From assembly GCA_963821525.1 (NCBI GenBank), contig CAWGED010000019.1:160001-224000 (forward strand): DNA of 64,000 nucleotides. The letters are read 5' to 3'. Below, piece after piece: positions 19,526-30,531 of the stretch. The notes under the pieces are model-generated. The model was not told the DNA's origin. It did not search any database and was given only the letters and a program-made list of their open reading frames with translations. The stretch is from an uncultured Gemmatimonadales bacterium. Lineage in GTDB: Bacteria > Gemmatimonadota > Gemmatimonadetes > Gemmatimonadales > GWC2-71-9. The position numbers and the translations under genes are program-made. Every line of letters starts with the position of its first letter. Position 1 is the stretch's first letter.

Positions 19526-21231
19526 TTAGCGGAAGTCTTTGTCCTCGAAACGGAGTCCCACGGTTCCCGAAGTCCGGTCCGCCTCGGGCCCCAGGTTCTG
19601 GAAGGTGGCGCGGGTTCCGGCGGGCGTGTAGGCCTGCACGGTGCTATTGAGGAAGAGCGGCCAGTAGCCGACGTGAGCTCGGGTGGTGCCGGGAGGTATC
19701 GAGCAATTGCAGTCGGCCGCGCCCGCCAAACCTGAGTTGATGGTCACACCGAGAGCACCCGAAGTCATATTGGTCACGAGCGGGGCGAACACGGGCATCG
19801 CTCCGGCGCCCGCATCGACCAACCGATTGAGCCGGCCGCGAGGCCGCGCCTCTGTGATCGTTCCCTGCACATCGACGCCCATCGGCTTCCCGGACGGCGA
19901 TTGAGGACGCACCAGGAACCACTGGGCCGCCAGTGGTCGCCCGCGGCGGATTCTGACCGACGAGATCTCACCGGGGGCAATCTTGTAGGTCGCGCCATCT
20001 ACTACGAGGTTGATCGGCTCGATCAGCTGGTTCTCGACCGCGAGGACCGGCCCTCCGCGCGCAATCACCAGGAGCGCCGCTACACCAAGCAGCAGCACCA
20101 GGAGCAGGAGCGCTGGCCACCGCCGGCCACTCTTCGCTGCGGGAGGTTTGCTGACCACGGTTGGGGTTCCTGCCGCCGGCCGTTCGTGGCTGGTGAGTAG
20201 TACGGTTGAGTCCTGATTCTGAATCTTCTTGGCGACTCGTTCGGCACTCACGGTGCCCTGTGGTCCAGTGCTCCGTCCGCTATGGAGCGCCTCGGTCATG
20301 TCCTTGGCCGACTGGAAACGCTCGACTGGACGCTTGGCCATTGCCCGCACGATCACGTTGGACAGCCACATCGGGATCCGGGCGTTCTTGGTCGTGGCGA
20401 TCGGCACCGGCTCGCTCAAGTGCTTGCCGACGATTTCCTGGGACGATTCCCCTTCGTAGGGCGGCGCGCCGGTGACCATCTGGAAGAGCACCGCGCCCAT
20501 GGCATAGAGATCGGACCGGGCGTCCACGTCACCCTGCCCCAGCGCCTGCTCCGGACTCATGTATTGCGGCGTCCCCACGACGAAACCGGTCTGGGTGAAG
20601 TGCGCCACCTCGCCGTCCACCCGTTTGGCGATCCCGAAGTCCACCAGCAGCGGGCGGCCGCTCGAGGCCTCGATCATCACGTTGTCGGGCTTGATATCCC
20701 GGTGAACCAGGCCGCTCTCGTGAGCGTGAGACAGGGCATCGAGCAACGGCCGGGTCAGGGCGAGAGCGCGATCAGAATCCAGCGCCCCACGGGTTCGCAA
20801 CAACTCGGCGAGGGACTGCCCCTCGACGAAGGGCATGGCGTAATACACCAACCCTTCGCCATCTCCCACGAAGTGAATCGCCAGAATGTTCGCGTGATTG
20901 AGCCGAGCAATCGCTCGCGCCTCGTGCTTGAAGCGGTCCAGCATGCCGGCGGACCATGCGATGTCGGGCTTGAGTACCTTGACCGCAAGCCGCCGCTGGA
21001 GGTCCTTGTCCCAGACCTCATACACCTCGGCGAAACCGCCCTGCCCCAGCAGGCGCCGGACTTCGTACTTCTGACCCAGTGCCCGGGCGAGGCGGTCCTT
21101 TACCGGCACGTCGGTCGCGAACGACGTCGCCGCTGCAGCCGCCCCTGAATGCTCCTTGCCACAGCCGGGACAGAAGTTGGCCGTCGCAGGGATAGGAGTG
21201 CGACAGGTAGGACAGAGTATTTCAGGGGCAT
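19526..21231 (-). CDS. Hanks-type Ser/Thr protein kinase with N-terminal zinc ribbon, TM helix and extracytoplasmic domain (start approximate)
   Basis: CPTC/CPGC, LGQGGF, AVK, HRDIKPDN, DFG, GTPQYMSPEQ. Confidence 0.9.
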
Positions 21232-21362
21232 AGCATGAATCTGGGGGCGGGCGCGGGTCGGTGGTAGGGAGGGAGGCCCGTCGCCCCTGTCCCCGGCTCC
21301 GTCGCCTGTCGCCTGTCACCGGTCGCCTGTAATTTGAAACCACTTCTCCAGTGGCTCACGAT

Positions 21363-21886
21363 ATGACCGCAACTCGCCCGCACCGGATTACCCTCCATTC
21401 CTCGCCGAGCCGATCCACGTGAACTTTGGCGGCAAGGTTCACGGCGGCGCCGTCATGAAATGGATCGACCAGGCAGGCTACAGCTGTGCCGTCGGGTGGA
21501 CCGGGGACTACTGTGTGACCCAGTTTGTGGGCAGCATCTATTTCCTGCGGCCAATCCATGTAGGCGAGCTGGTGGAGATGCGGGCCCAGATCATCAGGAC
21601 CGGCACCACGAGTCTGCACATCGCGGTGGATGTTTACGCCGGAGATCCAATGGGGACTACCATGCAGCGCGCGTCGCACTGCGTGATCGTCTTCGTGGCG
21701 CTGGATCACCAGGGCAGACCAAAAGAAGTCCCCAAGTGGACACCAAGCTCGGCGGTGGATGGAGCGCTCGAGCAGTACGCCGTCCGCCTCCAGGAATTCC
21801 GCAAGCAACTCGATCAGGAAATGGAAGCTCGACTCAAATGGCTCGATGAACAGCGGCCAGACAACCTCTCGCGGGTCCATGCCTGA
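21363..21886 (+). CDS. Acyl-CoA thioesterase (hotdog fold); indel near the 5' end
   Basis: VNFGGKVHGGAVMKWID, FLRPIHVG. Confidence 0.88.
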
Positions 21887-22501
21887 CCAGCGTCACGTGG
21901 GTGTGCTCGTCTTCGACGAGGCCGAGGTGCTCGATGTGGCCGGACCGTTCGAGGTGTTCTCGATTGCCGGCCGCCGGAGCGGCATTCAACCGTTTCAACG
22001 TGTCGCTCGTCGGAATCGGCAAGGGACCCGTCGCCATGCGGAGTGGGTTCATGGTGGAGCCGAAGTACACGATCCACACGGTTCCTCACATCGATGTGCT
22101 GCTGATCCCTGGGGGATATCGGCACCCGACGCGAGCTCGATAACCACGCGCTGCTGGGATGGATCAGAGGCCGCGCGGCCGAGGCCGAGTTGTTGCTCTC
22201 GGTGTGCACCGGGTCGCTCTTGCTCGCAAAGGCAGGATTGCTCGACGGGCTCGCCGCCACGACTCATCATGGTGCGCTCAACCTTTTACAGGACCTCGCC
22301 CCTTCCACCAGGGTAGATGGCCGCGAGCGTTTCATCGACAACGGCAAGGTGATCACCGCAGCCGGAGTCTCGGCCGGAGTGGATATGGCGCTGCATGTGG
22401 TGGAGCGGCTCCTGGGCGAGGAGCTGGCGGTGGAAGCCGCGCACTATATGGAGTGGCATTGGGACCGGAGCGTTGACCAATTGACCGATCAGGGGGTCTA
22501 A
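21879..22501 (+). CDS. DJ-1/PfpI family protein; indels
   Basis: EVLDVAGPFEVF, SVCTGS, ATTHH, TAAGVSAGVD. Confidence 0.88.
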
Positions 22502-22571
22502 CGGATGTAACGCATTGCGGCGCCACGATTTATTCGATGGCCCATGGCAAAGTTGGCCTCCTATGACCCCG

Positions 22572-22599
22572 AAACCGCACCGGCATCCGGTGCGGTTTT
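22572..22599 (+). terminator. Probable intrinsic terminator
   Basis: aaaccgcaccgg-cat-ccggtgcggtttt. Confidence 0.6.
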
Positions 22600-22686
22600 G
22601 TCATTTGAAGCATTCAACAATTGTGGAAATATTCAATCAAAAGTGCATAAGTGCTGATAAAACTTTGCAAAATCTGCACATTCTTC

Positions 22687-22715
22687 TTGACACTTTGCAA
22701 ACCCAGCATTAGTCT
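22687..22715 (+). promoter_or_regulatory. sigma70 promoter of glnA
   Basis: TTGACA-17nt-TAGTCT in an AT-rich region. Confidence 0.7.
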
Positions 22716-22790
22716 AACACCCAGGCGGCCGGAAGAGGGTCACACCCCGAGATTTTTCTCCTGAGCCGTGGGACTTTCACTCCCGCGCCC

Positions 22791-22847
22791 GACCTTCGCA
22801 TCGAGGTCACCACCCAACGATGCTGGCTGGGGCGAGCATTCTTTTTT
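22791..22847 (+). terminator. Leader terminator with competing antiterminator upstream of glnA
   Basis: gatgctggc-tggg-gcgagcatt followed by cT6; gcatcg 22798-22803 is complementary to cgatgc 22818-22823. Confidence 0.55.
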
Positions 22848-22894
22848 GTAGATCGGCGAACGATTCCGCGTACCCTCACCTCTGGACGACATCC

Positions 22895-24357
22895 ATGGCC
22901 GCAACCACCAAACCCACAGCCGCCAAGCCTCGCTCGGCTGGCGAGCTGAAGCGCATCACCGACCTGATCAAAGAGCGCGGGATCAAGGTCATCGACGTCA
23001 AGTTCACCGACCTTCCGGGCACCTGGCAGCATTTCTCGATTCCCGCGGAGACGCTCGACGAGGACATGGTAAGGGAGGGGCTGGGTTTCGACGGGTCGTC
23101 TATTCGCGGGTTCCAGGCGATCAACGAGAGCGACATGCTGCTCATCCCGGACCTCTCGACCGCGTTCGTCGATCCGGTGCTCGAGGTTCCCACGCTCTCG
23201 ATCATCTGCGACATCTACGACCCGATCACGCTCGAGCCATACTCGCGGGATCCGCGCTTCATCGCCTTCAAGGCCGAGGAGTACCTGAAGACCACGGGGA
23301 TCGCGACCGCCTCGTACTGGGGGCCCGAAGCCGAGTTCTTCATCTTCAACTCGGTTCGGTTCGACCAGAACGCGCACGAGGGCTATTACCACATCGATTC
23401 GGATGAGGGCATCTGGAACTCCGGCCGGAATGGGACAGCCCAACGCGGGCCACCGGCCGCGGCACAAGGAAGGCTATTTCCCGGTCCCGCCGGTCGACCG
23501 GCTGCAGGATGTCCGCAGCAAGATCATGCTGGCGCTCATCGCGGCGGGCGTCCCGGTCGAGGTGCAGCACCACGAGGTGGGTACCGCCGGCCAGGCGGAG
23601 ATCGACTTCCGCTTCGGCCCGCTGGTGCAGACCGCCGACCGGCTGTTGACCTACAAGTACATCGTGAAGAACGTCTGCCACAACCTGGGCCTGACGGCGA
23701 CGTTCATGCCCAAGCCGCTCTTCGGCGACAACGGCTCCGGGATGCACTGCCATCAGTCGCTCTGGAAGGACGGCACGCCGCTGTTCTTCGACGAGAAGGG
23801 CTACGCCCTGCTTTCCGACACGGCGCGCTGGTATATCGGCGGCCTCATCGCCCACGCGCCGGCGCTGCTCGGACTCTGCGCTCCCACTACCAACAGCTAT
23901 CGGCGGCTGGTGCCGGGCTTCGAGGCGCCGGTCAACCTGATGTACTCGCAGCGGAACCGCTCGGCGATCTGCCGGATCCCGACCTATTCCGACAGCCCCA
24001 AGGCGCGGCGGGTCGAGTTCCGGGCCCCCGATCCCTCCTGCAATCCCTATCTCGCCTTCTCCGCCATGCTGATGGCCGGACTGGACGGGATCAAGCGCAA
24101 GATCGAGCCGCCCAAGCCGATCGACGAGGACCTGTACGAGCTCCACGACGAGCGGAAGTCGACCATCAAGATGGTTCCCGGCTCGCTCTCCGAGTCCCTG
24201 GACTGCGCTGGAGAAGGATCACGCCTTCCTGCTCGAGGGCGACGTCTTCACGCCGGACGTGATCGATACCTGGATCTCGATGAAGCGGACGAAGGATGTG
24301 GCACCGGTGTCACTGCGGCCGCATCCGTACGAGTTTTTCCTGTATTACGATGCGTGA
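22895..24357 (+). CDS. glnA: Type I glutamine synthetase; indels near 23435 and 24205
   Basis: [52 protein letters not shown]. Confidence 0.96.
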
Positions 24358-24362
24358 GGGTG

Positions 24363-24511
24363 GTAGCTGTTAGCCGTCAGCCGTTAGCGGTTAGCGGTTA
24401 GCGGTTAGCGGTTAGCGATTAGCGACGTCAGAAGAAGCCGTAGGTCATAAGCTCAGAGCTCATGACCTACGGCTTTTGGCTAACAGCTGGTGGCTAACAG
24501 CTAACGGCTGA
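24363..24511. repeat. TTAGCGG heptamer array and inverted GCTAACA/G arm around a hairpin between convergent glnA and P-II
   Basis: About 8 tandem units; inner hairpin aagccgtaggtcat..atgacctacggctt. Confidence 0.85.
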
Positions 24512-24525
24512 TCTCCGCCGCCTGC

Positions 24526-24888
24526 TCAAACCTCAAGCGGAACCGCTGGCGTCACCGCCGCCTCGTCGCGCTCGCCGGTTCGGATGCGATGCACCTGCTC
24601 GACGTCCAGGACGAACACCTTCCCATCTCCCACCTCTCCGGAGCGGGCGGAGCCGAGGATAGCGCGGGTGGTGATGTCCACGAAGGCATCGGATACTCCG
24701 ATCTCCAGTCGGACCTTCTCCTGCAGGCCCAATTTCACGGTGGTTCCCCGGTAATTCTCCACCCGCTCGGTCTCCCCGCCGTGTCCCATGACTCGGGACA
24801 CGGTCAGCCCGCGGACTTCGGCGCGGTAGAGCGCCTCAAGGACGCTGTTGAGACGATCGGGGCGGATGATGGCGATGATGAGCTTCAT
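24526..24888 (-). CDS. glnK: P-II nitrogen regulatory protein (amtB-linked, GlnK-like)
   Basis: [14 protein letters not shown]-loop, [15 protein letters not shown]. Confidence 0.88.
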   Translation of the reverse strand: MKLIIAIIRPDRLNSVLEALYRAEVRGLTVSRVMGHGGETERVENYRGTTVKLGLQEKVRLEIGVSDAFVDITTRAILGSARSGEVGDGKVFVLDVEQVHRIRTGERDEAAVTPAVPLEV

Positions 24889-24904
24889 GGTTTGGCCTCG
24901 ATGG

Positions 24905-26229
24905 TCAGCGTGCTGCAGGCTGAGGAGTGAGTTTGGGAGCCGGCATGGGGACCTCGACTTCGGGCAGCACCAGAATGGAGCCTTCGCCGCTGCTGTAGGC
25001 CTCTTCCCCGTGCTGGGTCACGTCCAACCCGAGGCCCTCGAGAGGAGTCGCCACCCGGAGCGGAGCCACCAGGGCCAGGAACTTCAGAATGACAAAGGTC
25101 ATGATGCCGGCATAGGCCATGGACGCGAACGCCGCGATGGCCTGAATGCCCAGCTGGGCAGGATTGCCACCGAGCAGTCCGTCGGTTCCGCCCCAGGCCT
25201 TGAGCGCGAAGACGCCGGTGAGAAGCGCGCCGGTGAGGCCACCGATGCCATGGCCGGCAAACACGTCGAGCGAATCGTCGAGCCGGGTACGGGAACGGAG
25301 CACGATGGCGAAGTAGCTCGGGAATGCCGCGATCGCGCCGAGGGCCAGTGCGCCCAGCGGGCTCACGAATCCCGCGGCCGGCGTGATGGCCACGAGGCCG
25401 ACGACGATGCCGGTCGCGCCACCCACTGCGGTGGCATGGCCAGTCCGGAAGGAGTCGAGCGCCAACCCAGACCATCAAGGTGGCCATCGGCGCCAGGAAG
25501 GTGTTGATGAATGCGAGTGCAGCCGAGCCGTTGGCGGCGAGGGCGCTGCCCCCGTTGAACCCGAACCAGCCGAACCAGAGCAGGCCGGCGCCAAGTAGCG
25601 TGAAGGGCACGTTATGCGGAAGAATGGCCTGTCGGGCGTAGTCCTTCCGCGCACCGAGCACGCTCGCCGCGACAAGGGCCGAGATACCGGCGTTGATGTG
25701 CACGACGGTACCGCCGGCGAAGTCGAGGGTGCCCAGCTTGCCCAACCAGCCTCCGCCCCAGACCCAGTGCGCCACAGGACCGTAAACCATAAGTGTCCAG
25801 ATGCAGAGGAATGCCACGTAGGGACCGAACCGCATCCGCTCGACGATGGCTCCGGAGATCAGCGCCGCAGTGATGATCGCGAAGGTTCCCTGGATACGCC
25901 ATGAAGAGCACGTGCGGAATTGTCCCCTTCGGCTCGATGCCCACTCCATCCAGAAAGGCGTTCTGGAACGAGCCCAGGAATCCACTGCCCTCGGCGAAGG
26001 CCTCGCTGTACGCCACGAGAGCCCAGGTGATCCCGACGGCACCGAGGGCCACGAAGCTCATCATCATCGTGTTGAGCGAGTTCTTGGAACGGACCAGGCC
26101 ACCGTAGAAGAAGGCAAGCGCGGGTGTCATCAGCAGCACGAGCGCGGTGGACGTCAGCATCCAGGCCGTGTCGGCCGGAACGATGGTTGGCTGCGCATCC
26201 TGCACCATGGCAAGCAACGGGAGAGTCAT
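24905..26229 (-). CDS. amtB: Ammonium transporter; indels
   Basis: [47 protein letters not shown]. Confidence 0.95.
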
Positions 26230-26274
26230 GGCGGTGGGCCTCGAAGGGTGGCGAGAGGGTCGGTAACCGGGCGA

Positions 26275-26336
26275 CTGCATAATTAATACGGTTCGAAGCA
26301 GGGCCGCGCAAGAGCCGTGATCACCTAATTATGCAG
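26275..26336. promoter_or_regulatory. Inverted 11-bp operator-like repeats bracketing the probable amtB promoter
   Basis: CTGCATAATTA (26275-26285) and TAATTATGCAG (26326-26336). Confidence 0.6.
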
Positions 26337-26534
26337 AAGTCGCAGAGTAACTTAGGCACTACTGCAAGTATACAGGCATTCTTGCATATTCTGCCTTTAA
26401 TTCCGTGCTAGAATTACAGAGTTCTCAGGTCATCATCACGTAAACGCCGGGCGACTTACCCGCCCTGTCCAAGTGGAGTAGTAGCTCGTATGTTTATGCG
26501 GTTGAGTACTTTAGCTCCACGCTCCCCCGGACCC

Positions 26535-28235
26535 ATGACCGAGACACCCGAACCCCAGAACCGCCGCTCCCGCCTGATCACCCAGGGCGTCCAACGGTCC
26601 CCCAACCGCGCCATGCTCCGGGCGGTGGGGTTTGGCGATGCCGACTTCGATAAGCCCATCGTCGGTATCGCCAACGGCTATAGCACGATTACTCCGTGCA
26701 ATGCCGGCTTGAATGTCCTGGCGGACAGGGCGGACGAGGCGGTCAGGGCAGCGGGCGGGATGCCGCAGATGTTCGGGACGGTCACTGTGTCCGATGGCAT
26801 CTCCATGGGCACCGAGGGCATGAAGTATTCCCTCGTCTCCCGTGAAGTCATCGCCGATGCGATCGAAACCGCCTGTGGCGCCGAATCGATGGATGGGGTC
26901 GTGTGCGTCGGCGGCTGCGACAAGAACATGCCGGGCGCCATGATCGCGATGGCCCGGATGAACATCCCGGGGATCTTCGTCTACGGTGGCACCATCAAGC
27001 CGGGACATCTCCACGGGCAGGATCTCACCGTCGTGAGCGCCTTCGAGGCGGTGGGTCAGCACAGCGCGGGAAAAATCGGAGACCAGGAGCTGCTCGACAT
27101 CGAGCGGCACGCCTGTCCCGGCAAGGGCTCGTGCGGCGGGATGTTCACCGCTAATACCATGTCGTCGATCTTCGAGGCGATGGGGATGAGCCTGCCCTTC
27201 TCCTCGACCATGGCGGCGGAAGACGGCGAAAAGGCGGAGAGTGCCGCGGAATCGGGTCGCGTCCTGGTCGAGGCGATCAAGGCCCAGCTGCTGCCCCGCC
27301 AGATCCTCACACGACAGGCGTTCGAGAACGGGATTGCCGTATGCATGGCGCTGGGCGGTTCGACCAACGCCGTCCTTCACCTGCTCGCCATCGCTCACGC
27401 GGCGGAAGTCCCGCTCTCGCTCGACGATTTCGAAACGATCCGGGCGAAAGTGCCGGTGCTGTGCGACCTCAAGCCCTCAGGCCGCTTCGTCGCGACCGAT
27501 CTGCACAAGGCGGGCGGCGTCCCCCAGGTGATGAAGATTCTTCTCGCCAACGGGGTGCTGCACGGCGGCGAGCGAACTATTACCGGGAAGACGGTCGCAG
27601 AGGTCCTGGCCAAGGTTCCCGCCGAACCTCGGGGCGATCAGCAGGTGATCCGCCCTTGGAACCGACCCATCTACCCGCAAGGCCACCTCGCAATTCTGCG
27701 CGGCAATCTCGCGGCCGAAGGCGCGGTCGCGAAAATCACCGGCGTCAAGCAGAGCAAACTGACCGGGCCCGCTCGGGTGTTTGAATCCGAAGAGGATTGT
27801 CTCGAAGCGATCCTCGCCGGTCACATCAAGGCCGGAGACGTTCTGGTGATCCGCTACGAAGGCCCGCGCGGCGGGCCGGGAATGCGAGAGATGCTGTCTC
27901 CTACCTCCGCCATCATCGGTGCGGGTCTGGGCGACTCGGTAGGGCTAATCACCGATGGACGATTCTCGGGCGGCACCTTCGGCATGGTGGTCGGACACGT
28001 GGCGCCAGAGGCGGCGATCGGTGGAACGATTGCCCTGGTCCAGGAAGGCGATTCGATCACCATCGATGCCGAACGGCGAATGCTCAGCCTGAACGTTCCG
28101 GAACCGGAAATCGCTCAACGAAGGAAGGCGTGGACTCCTCCAGCACCACGATACCGGAGAGGCGTCCTGGCCAAGTATGCCCGGCTGGTATCCAGCGCCA
28201 GCGTCGGCGCGGTGACGGACAAGCTGGAGACGTGA
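26535..28235 (+). CDS. ilvD: Dihydroxy-acid dehydratase
   Basis: [45 protein letters not shown]. Confidence 0.96.
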   Translation: MTETPEPQNRRSRLITQGVQRSPNRAMLRAVGFGDADFDKPIVGIANGYSTITPCNAGLNVLADRADEAVRAAGGMPQMFGTVTVSDGISMGTEGMKYSLVSREVIADAIETACGAESMDGVVCVGGCDKNMPGAMIAMARMNIPGIFVYGGTIKPGHLHGQDLTVVSAFEAVGQHSAGKIGDQELLDIERHACPGKGSCGGMFTANTMSSIFEAMGMSLPFSSTMAAEDGEKAESAAESGRVLVEAIKAQLLPRQILTRQAFENGIAVCMALGGSTNAVLHLLAIAHAAEVPLSLDDFETIRAKVPVLCDLKPSGRFVATDLHKAGGVPQVMKILLANGVLHGGERTITGKTVAEVLAKVPAEPRGDQQVIRPWNRPIYPQGHLAILRGNLAAEGAVAKITGVKQSKLTGPARVFESEEDCLEAILAGHIKAGDVLVIRYEGPRGGPGMREMLSPTSAIIGAGLGDSVGLITDGRFSGGTFGMVVGHVAPEAAIGGTIALVQEGDSITIDAERRMLSLNVPEPEIAQRRKAWTPPAPRYRRGVLAKYARLVSSASVGAVTDKLET

Positions 28236-28400
28236 GAGGTGAGACGTGAGAGGTGAGAGGTGAGAGCGCGCAGCGACGGTGGGACAAGGGGCGACAGGGA
28301 CAGCAAAGTATTGGGACAAATGACAACGGGGCATCCTCTCGGACGCCCCGCTGCTTTTTCCATGTCACGACCCAAGACTCACGACTATCGACTTCACGAC
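28228..28400. repeat. GTGAGAG/C and CACGACT-type heptamer arrays around a terminator-like hairpin
   Basis: gacgtgagaggtgagacgtgagaggtgagaggtgagag; cggggcatcc..ggacgccccg; cacgacccaagactcacgactatcgac. Confidence 0.7.
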
Positions 28401-28639
28401 CGAATCGGCAACATCACCGTAAACTTCAGCATCTGGTCCGGTAGGCTCGCCAAGTCTTCGTCCGTCAACTGTGGAGCCCGCTCGGCCACTGTACGCCGCA
28501 GCTCCTCCTCGTAGGGTCGCTGAATCTCCCGCGCGCACTCCTCGCAGAAATAGCCTTCGACGGTGCCGAACAGGCTCAGGAAGGCGGGACGACCGTCACG
28601 CTCGAGGGCTGGACGCTGGAAACATTGCTGGCACTTCAT
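28394..28639 (-). CDS. Small zinc-ribbon hypothetical protein (McsA N-terminus-like)
   Basis: MKCQQCFQRPA...FCEECARE; GGAGG upstream. Confidence 0.6.
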   Translation of the reverse strand: MKCQQCFQRPALERDGRPAFLSLFGTVEGYFCEECAREIQRPYEEELRRTVAERAPQLTDEDLASLPDQMLKFTVMLPIRS

Positions 28640-28722
28640 TTCAGGACCTCCGGTATCGGTTGACGCTCCCGCGGAGGAGCGGCGCCGACATGACGAAGTC
28701 GGAGTCCTAAATGTTGCAGATT

Positions 28723-29796
28723 TCACCGCGCGGGTGTTTCGGCGAGCTCCAGGGCCTCCAGGATCCGGTCCCCCATCTGTCGAGTCGAAAGTGGTTTACG
28801 CCCCTTCGCCGCGATGTCCCGGGTCCTGGCCCCACCATCCAAGACCCGGGAGACCGCCGCCTCGACGCCCGCCCCCGCCTCATGAGCACCGCCCGAGTGC
28901 CGGAGCAGAAGGGCGCAGGAGAGAATGGCCCCGATCGGATTGGCGATGCCCTGCCCTGCGATATCTGGGGCCGAGCCGTGGATCGGCTCGTAGAGGCCGA
29001 CTCCGTCGCCCAAGGATGCCGAGGGGAGCATGCCGAGGGATCCGGTGAGGACCGCGGCCTCATCGCTCAGGATGTCGCCGAACATGTTTTCGGTGACCAG
29101 CACGTCGATTGAGGAGGGGTTACTCACGAGACGCATCGCGGCGAAATCCACGTACGCGTGCTCGAGCGAGACGTCCGGGTAGTCGTGGGAGATCTCGGTC
29201 ACGACCCGCCGCCAGAGCTGTGAGGTCTCCAGCACGTTGGCCTTGTCCACCGAGAGGACCTGGCGACGACGGAGTCGGGCCGCCTCGAACGCCAGACGAG
29301 CGATTCGCTCGATCTCGCTCCTGGTGTACCGCAGCGTGTTGATCGCTTTCTCCCCATCGAGACCCCTCGGCTCTCCATAATACAAGCCGCCGGTCAATTC
29401 CCTGACGATGAGAAGGTCGGTCCCTGCGAGGCGTTCCGGCTTGAGTGGCGAATGCACCGCCAAGGCCGGATGCACCGCGACGGGGCGGAGGTTGGCGTAC
29501 ACGCCGAGCAGCGCACGAAGGGCGAGCAGCCCGGTCTCGGGCTTGAGGTGGCGCGGAGCAGAATCGAGTGAAGGATCTCCTACCGCACCCAGGAGCACCG
29601 CATCGGCACGCGCGACCGCGTCGCGCGTCGTTCGCGGAAAGGGATCACCCTCGTCCTGAACGCCGGCAGCGCCGACCGGGTGGTGGGATGTGCTGACGTG
29701 AATCCCGAAGCGCTCCGCCGCGGCAGTCAGCACTCGCTCGGCCTCGGCTGTTACCTCGGGGCCGATCCCGTCACCCGGAAGGATCGCAACGTGCAC
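28723..29796 (-). CDS. leuB: 3-isopropylmalate dehydrogenase
   Basis: [43 protein letters not shown]. Confidence 0.95.
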   Translation of the reverse strand: MHVAILPGDGIGPEVTAEAERVLTAAAERFGIHVSTSHHPVGAAGVQDEGDPFPRTTRDAVARADAVLLGAVGDPSLDSAPRHLKPETGLLALRALLGVYANLRPVAVHPALAVHSPLKPERLAGTDLLIVRELTGGLYYGEPRGLDGEKAINTLRYTRSEIERIARLAFEAARLRRRQVLSVDKANVLETSQLWRRVVTEISHDYPDVSLEHAYVDFAAMRLVSNPSSIDVLVTENMFGDILSDEAAVLTGSLGMLPSASLGDGVGLYEPIHGSAPDIAGQGIANPIGAILSCALLLRHSGGAHEAGAGVEAAVSRVLDGGARTRDIAAKGRKPLSTRQMGDRILEALELAETPAR

Positions 29797-29800
29797 GACG

Positions 29801-30415
29801 TCAGCGTTCCAGGAGGTGGTGCAGTCGAACCCGACGCCGCTCGAACTCCAGGATCTCCGGCTCCAGCTTGAGCGTCCGGCCGATCTCGTCGAGTCCCTCG
29901 AGCAACGCCTCCCTCCGGTACTGGTCGAGGGTGAAGCCGGCGTTGAACCCTGTGTCGTCCCGCACACGCAGGCCGACCAGGTCCACCGTCAACTGGTAGG
30001 GACCCGGCGACGCTGCTTCACGACGGAACAACTCGGCCATCTCGTCGGGCTTGAGGATCACCGGCAGGATTCCATTCTGACAGCAATTGCTGAAGAAGAT
30101 GTCGGCGAAGCTTTCGCTCAGAATCGCCCGGAAGCCATACTCGCCCAGGGCCCAGGGCGCGTGCTCGCGCGAGGAACCGCAGCCGAAATTGGAGCCAGCA
30201 AGAAGAATGGTCGCTCCCGCGGCCTTGGGCCGGTTCAACTCGAAGTCGGGATTGGGGGATCCGTCGGACCGGTAGCGCCAGTCGAAGAACAAGGCCGGCC
30301 CGAACCCCGTCCGCTCAACCCGTTTCAGGAACTGCTTCGGGATGATCTGGTCGGTGTCGACATTGGCCCGCGGAATCGCGGCGACGGAACCGGTGTGGGT
30401 GGTGAAGGGAGTCAT
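29801..30415 (-). CDS. leuD: 3-isopropylmalate dehydratase small subunit
   Basis: NVDTDQIIPKQFL, NFGCGSSREHA. Confidence 0.96.
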   Translation of the reverse strand: MTPFTTHTGSVAAIPRANVDTDQIIPKQFLKRVERTGFGPALFFDWRYRSDGSPNPDFELNRPKAAGATILLAGSNFGCGSSREHAPWALGEYGFRAILSESFADIFFSNCCQNGILPVILKPDEMAELFRREAASPGPYQLTVDLVGLRVRDDTGFNAGFTLDQYRREALLEGLDEIGRTLKLEPEILEFERRRVRLHHLLER

Positions 30416-30417
30416 GT

Positions 30418-30531
30418 GAATTGCAGATTGAAAATTTAAGATTGGCCTGGCGTTTCAGGTCGAAGATTTCTCATCGAAGATTGAGTCCCGACGATCGACC
30501 AATTCTCAATTTGAAATCTTCAATTCTCAAT
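30418..30531. repeat. Degenerate AT-rich GATTGAA / TTCAATT heptamer arms between leuC and leuD
   Basis: gaattgcagattgaaaatttaagattg ... caattctcaatttgaaatcttcaattctcaat. Confidence 0.65.

Noticed and set aside
22768..22851. GTG-initiated uORF in the glnA leader containing GWG, like the gltB leader
   Set aside because: No RBS, it runs through the terminator, and a three-residue match is likely chance
24363..24425. TTAGCGG array as a CRISPR or telomere-like repeat
   Set aside because: No spacers or cas genes; it is internal, short and belongs to the heptamer family
26340..26400. sigma54 promoter or NtrC sites at amtB
   Set aside because: No GG-N10-GC match in a TGGCAC..TTGC context and no TGCAC-N7-GTGCA match
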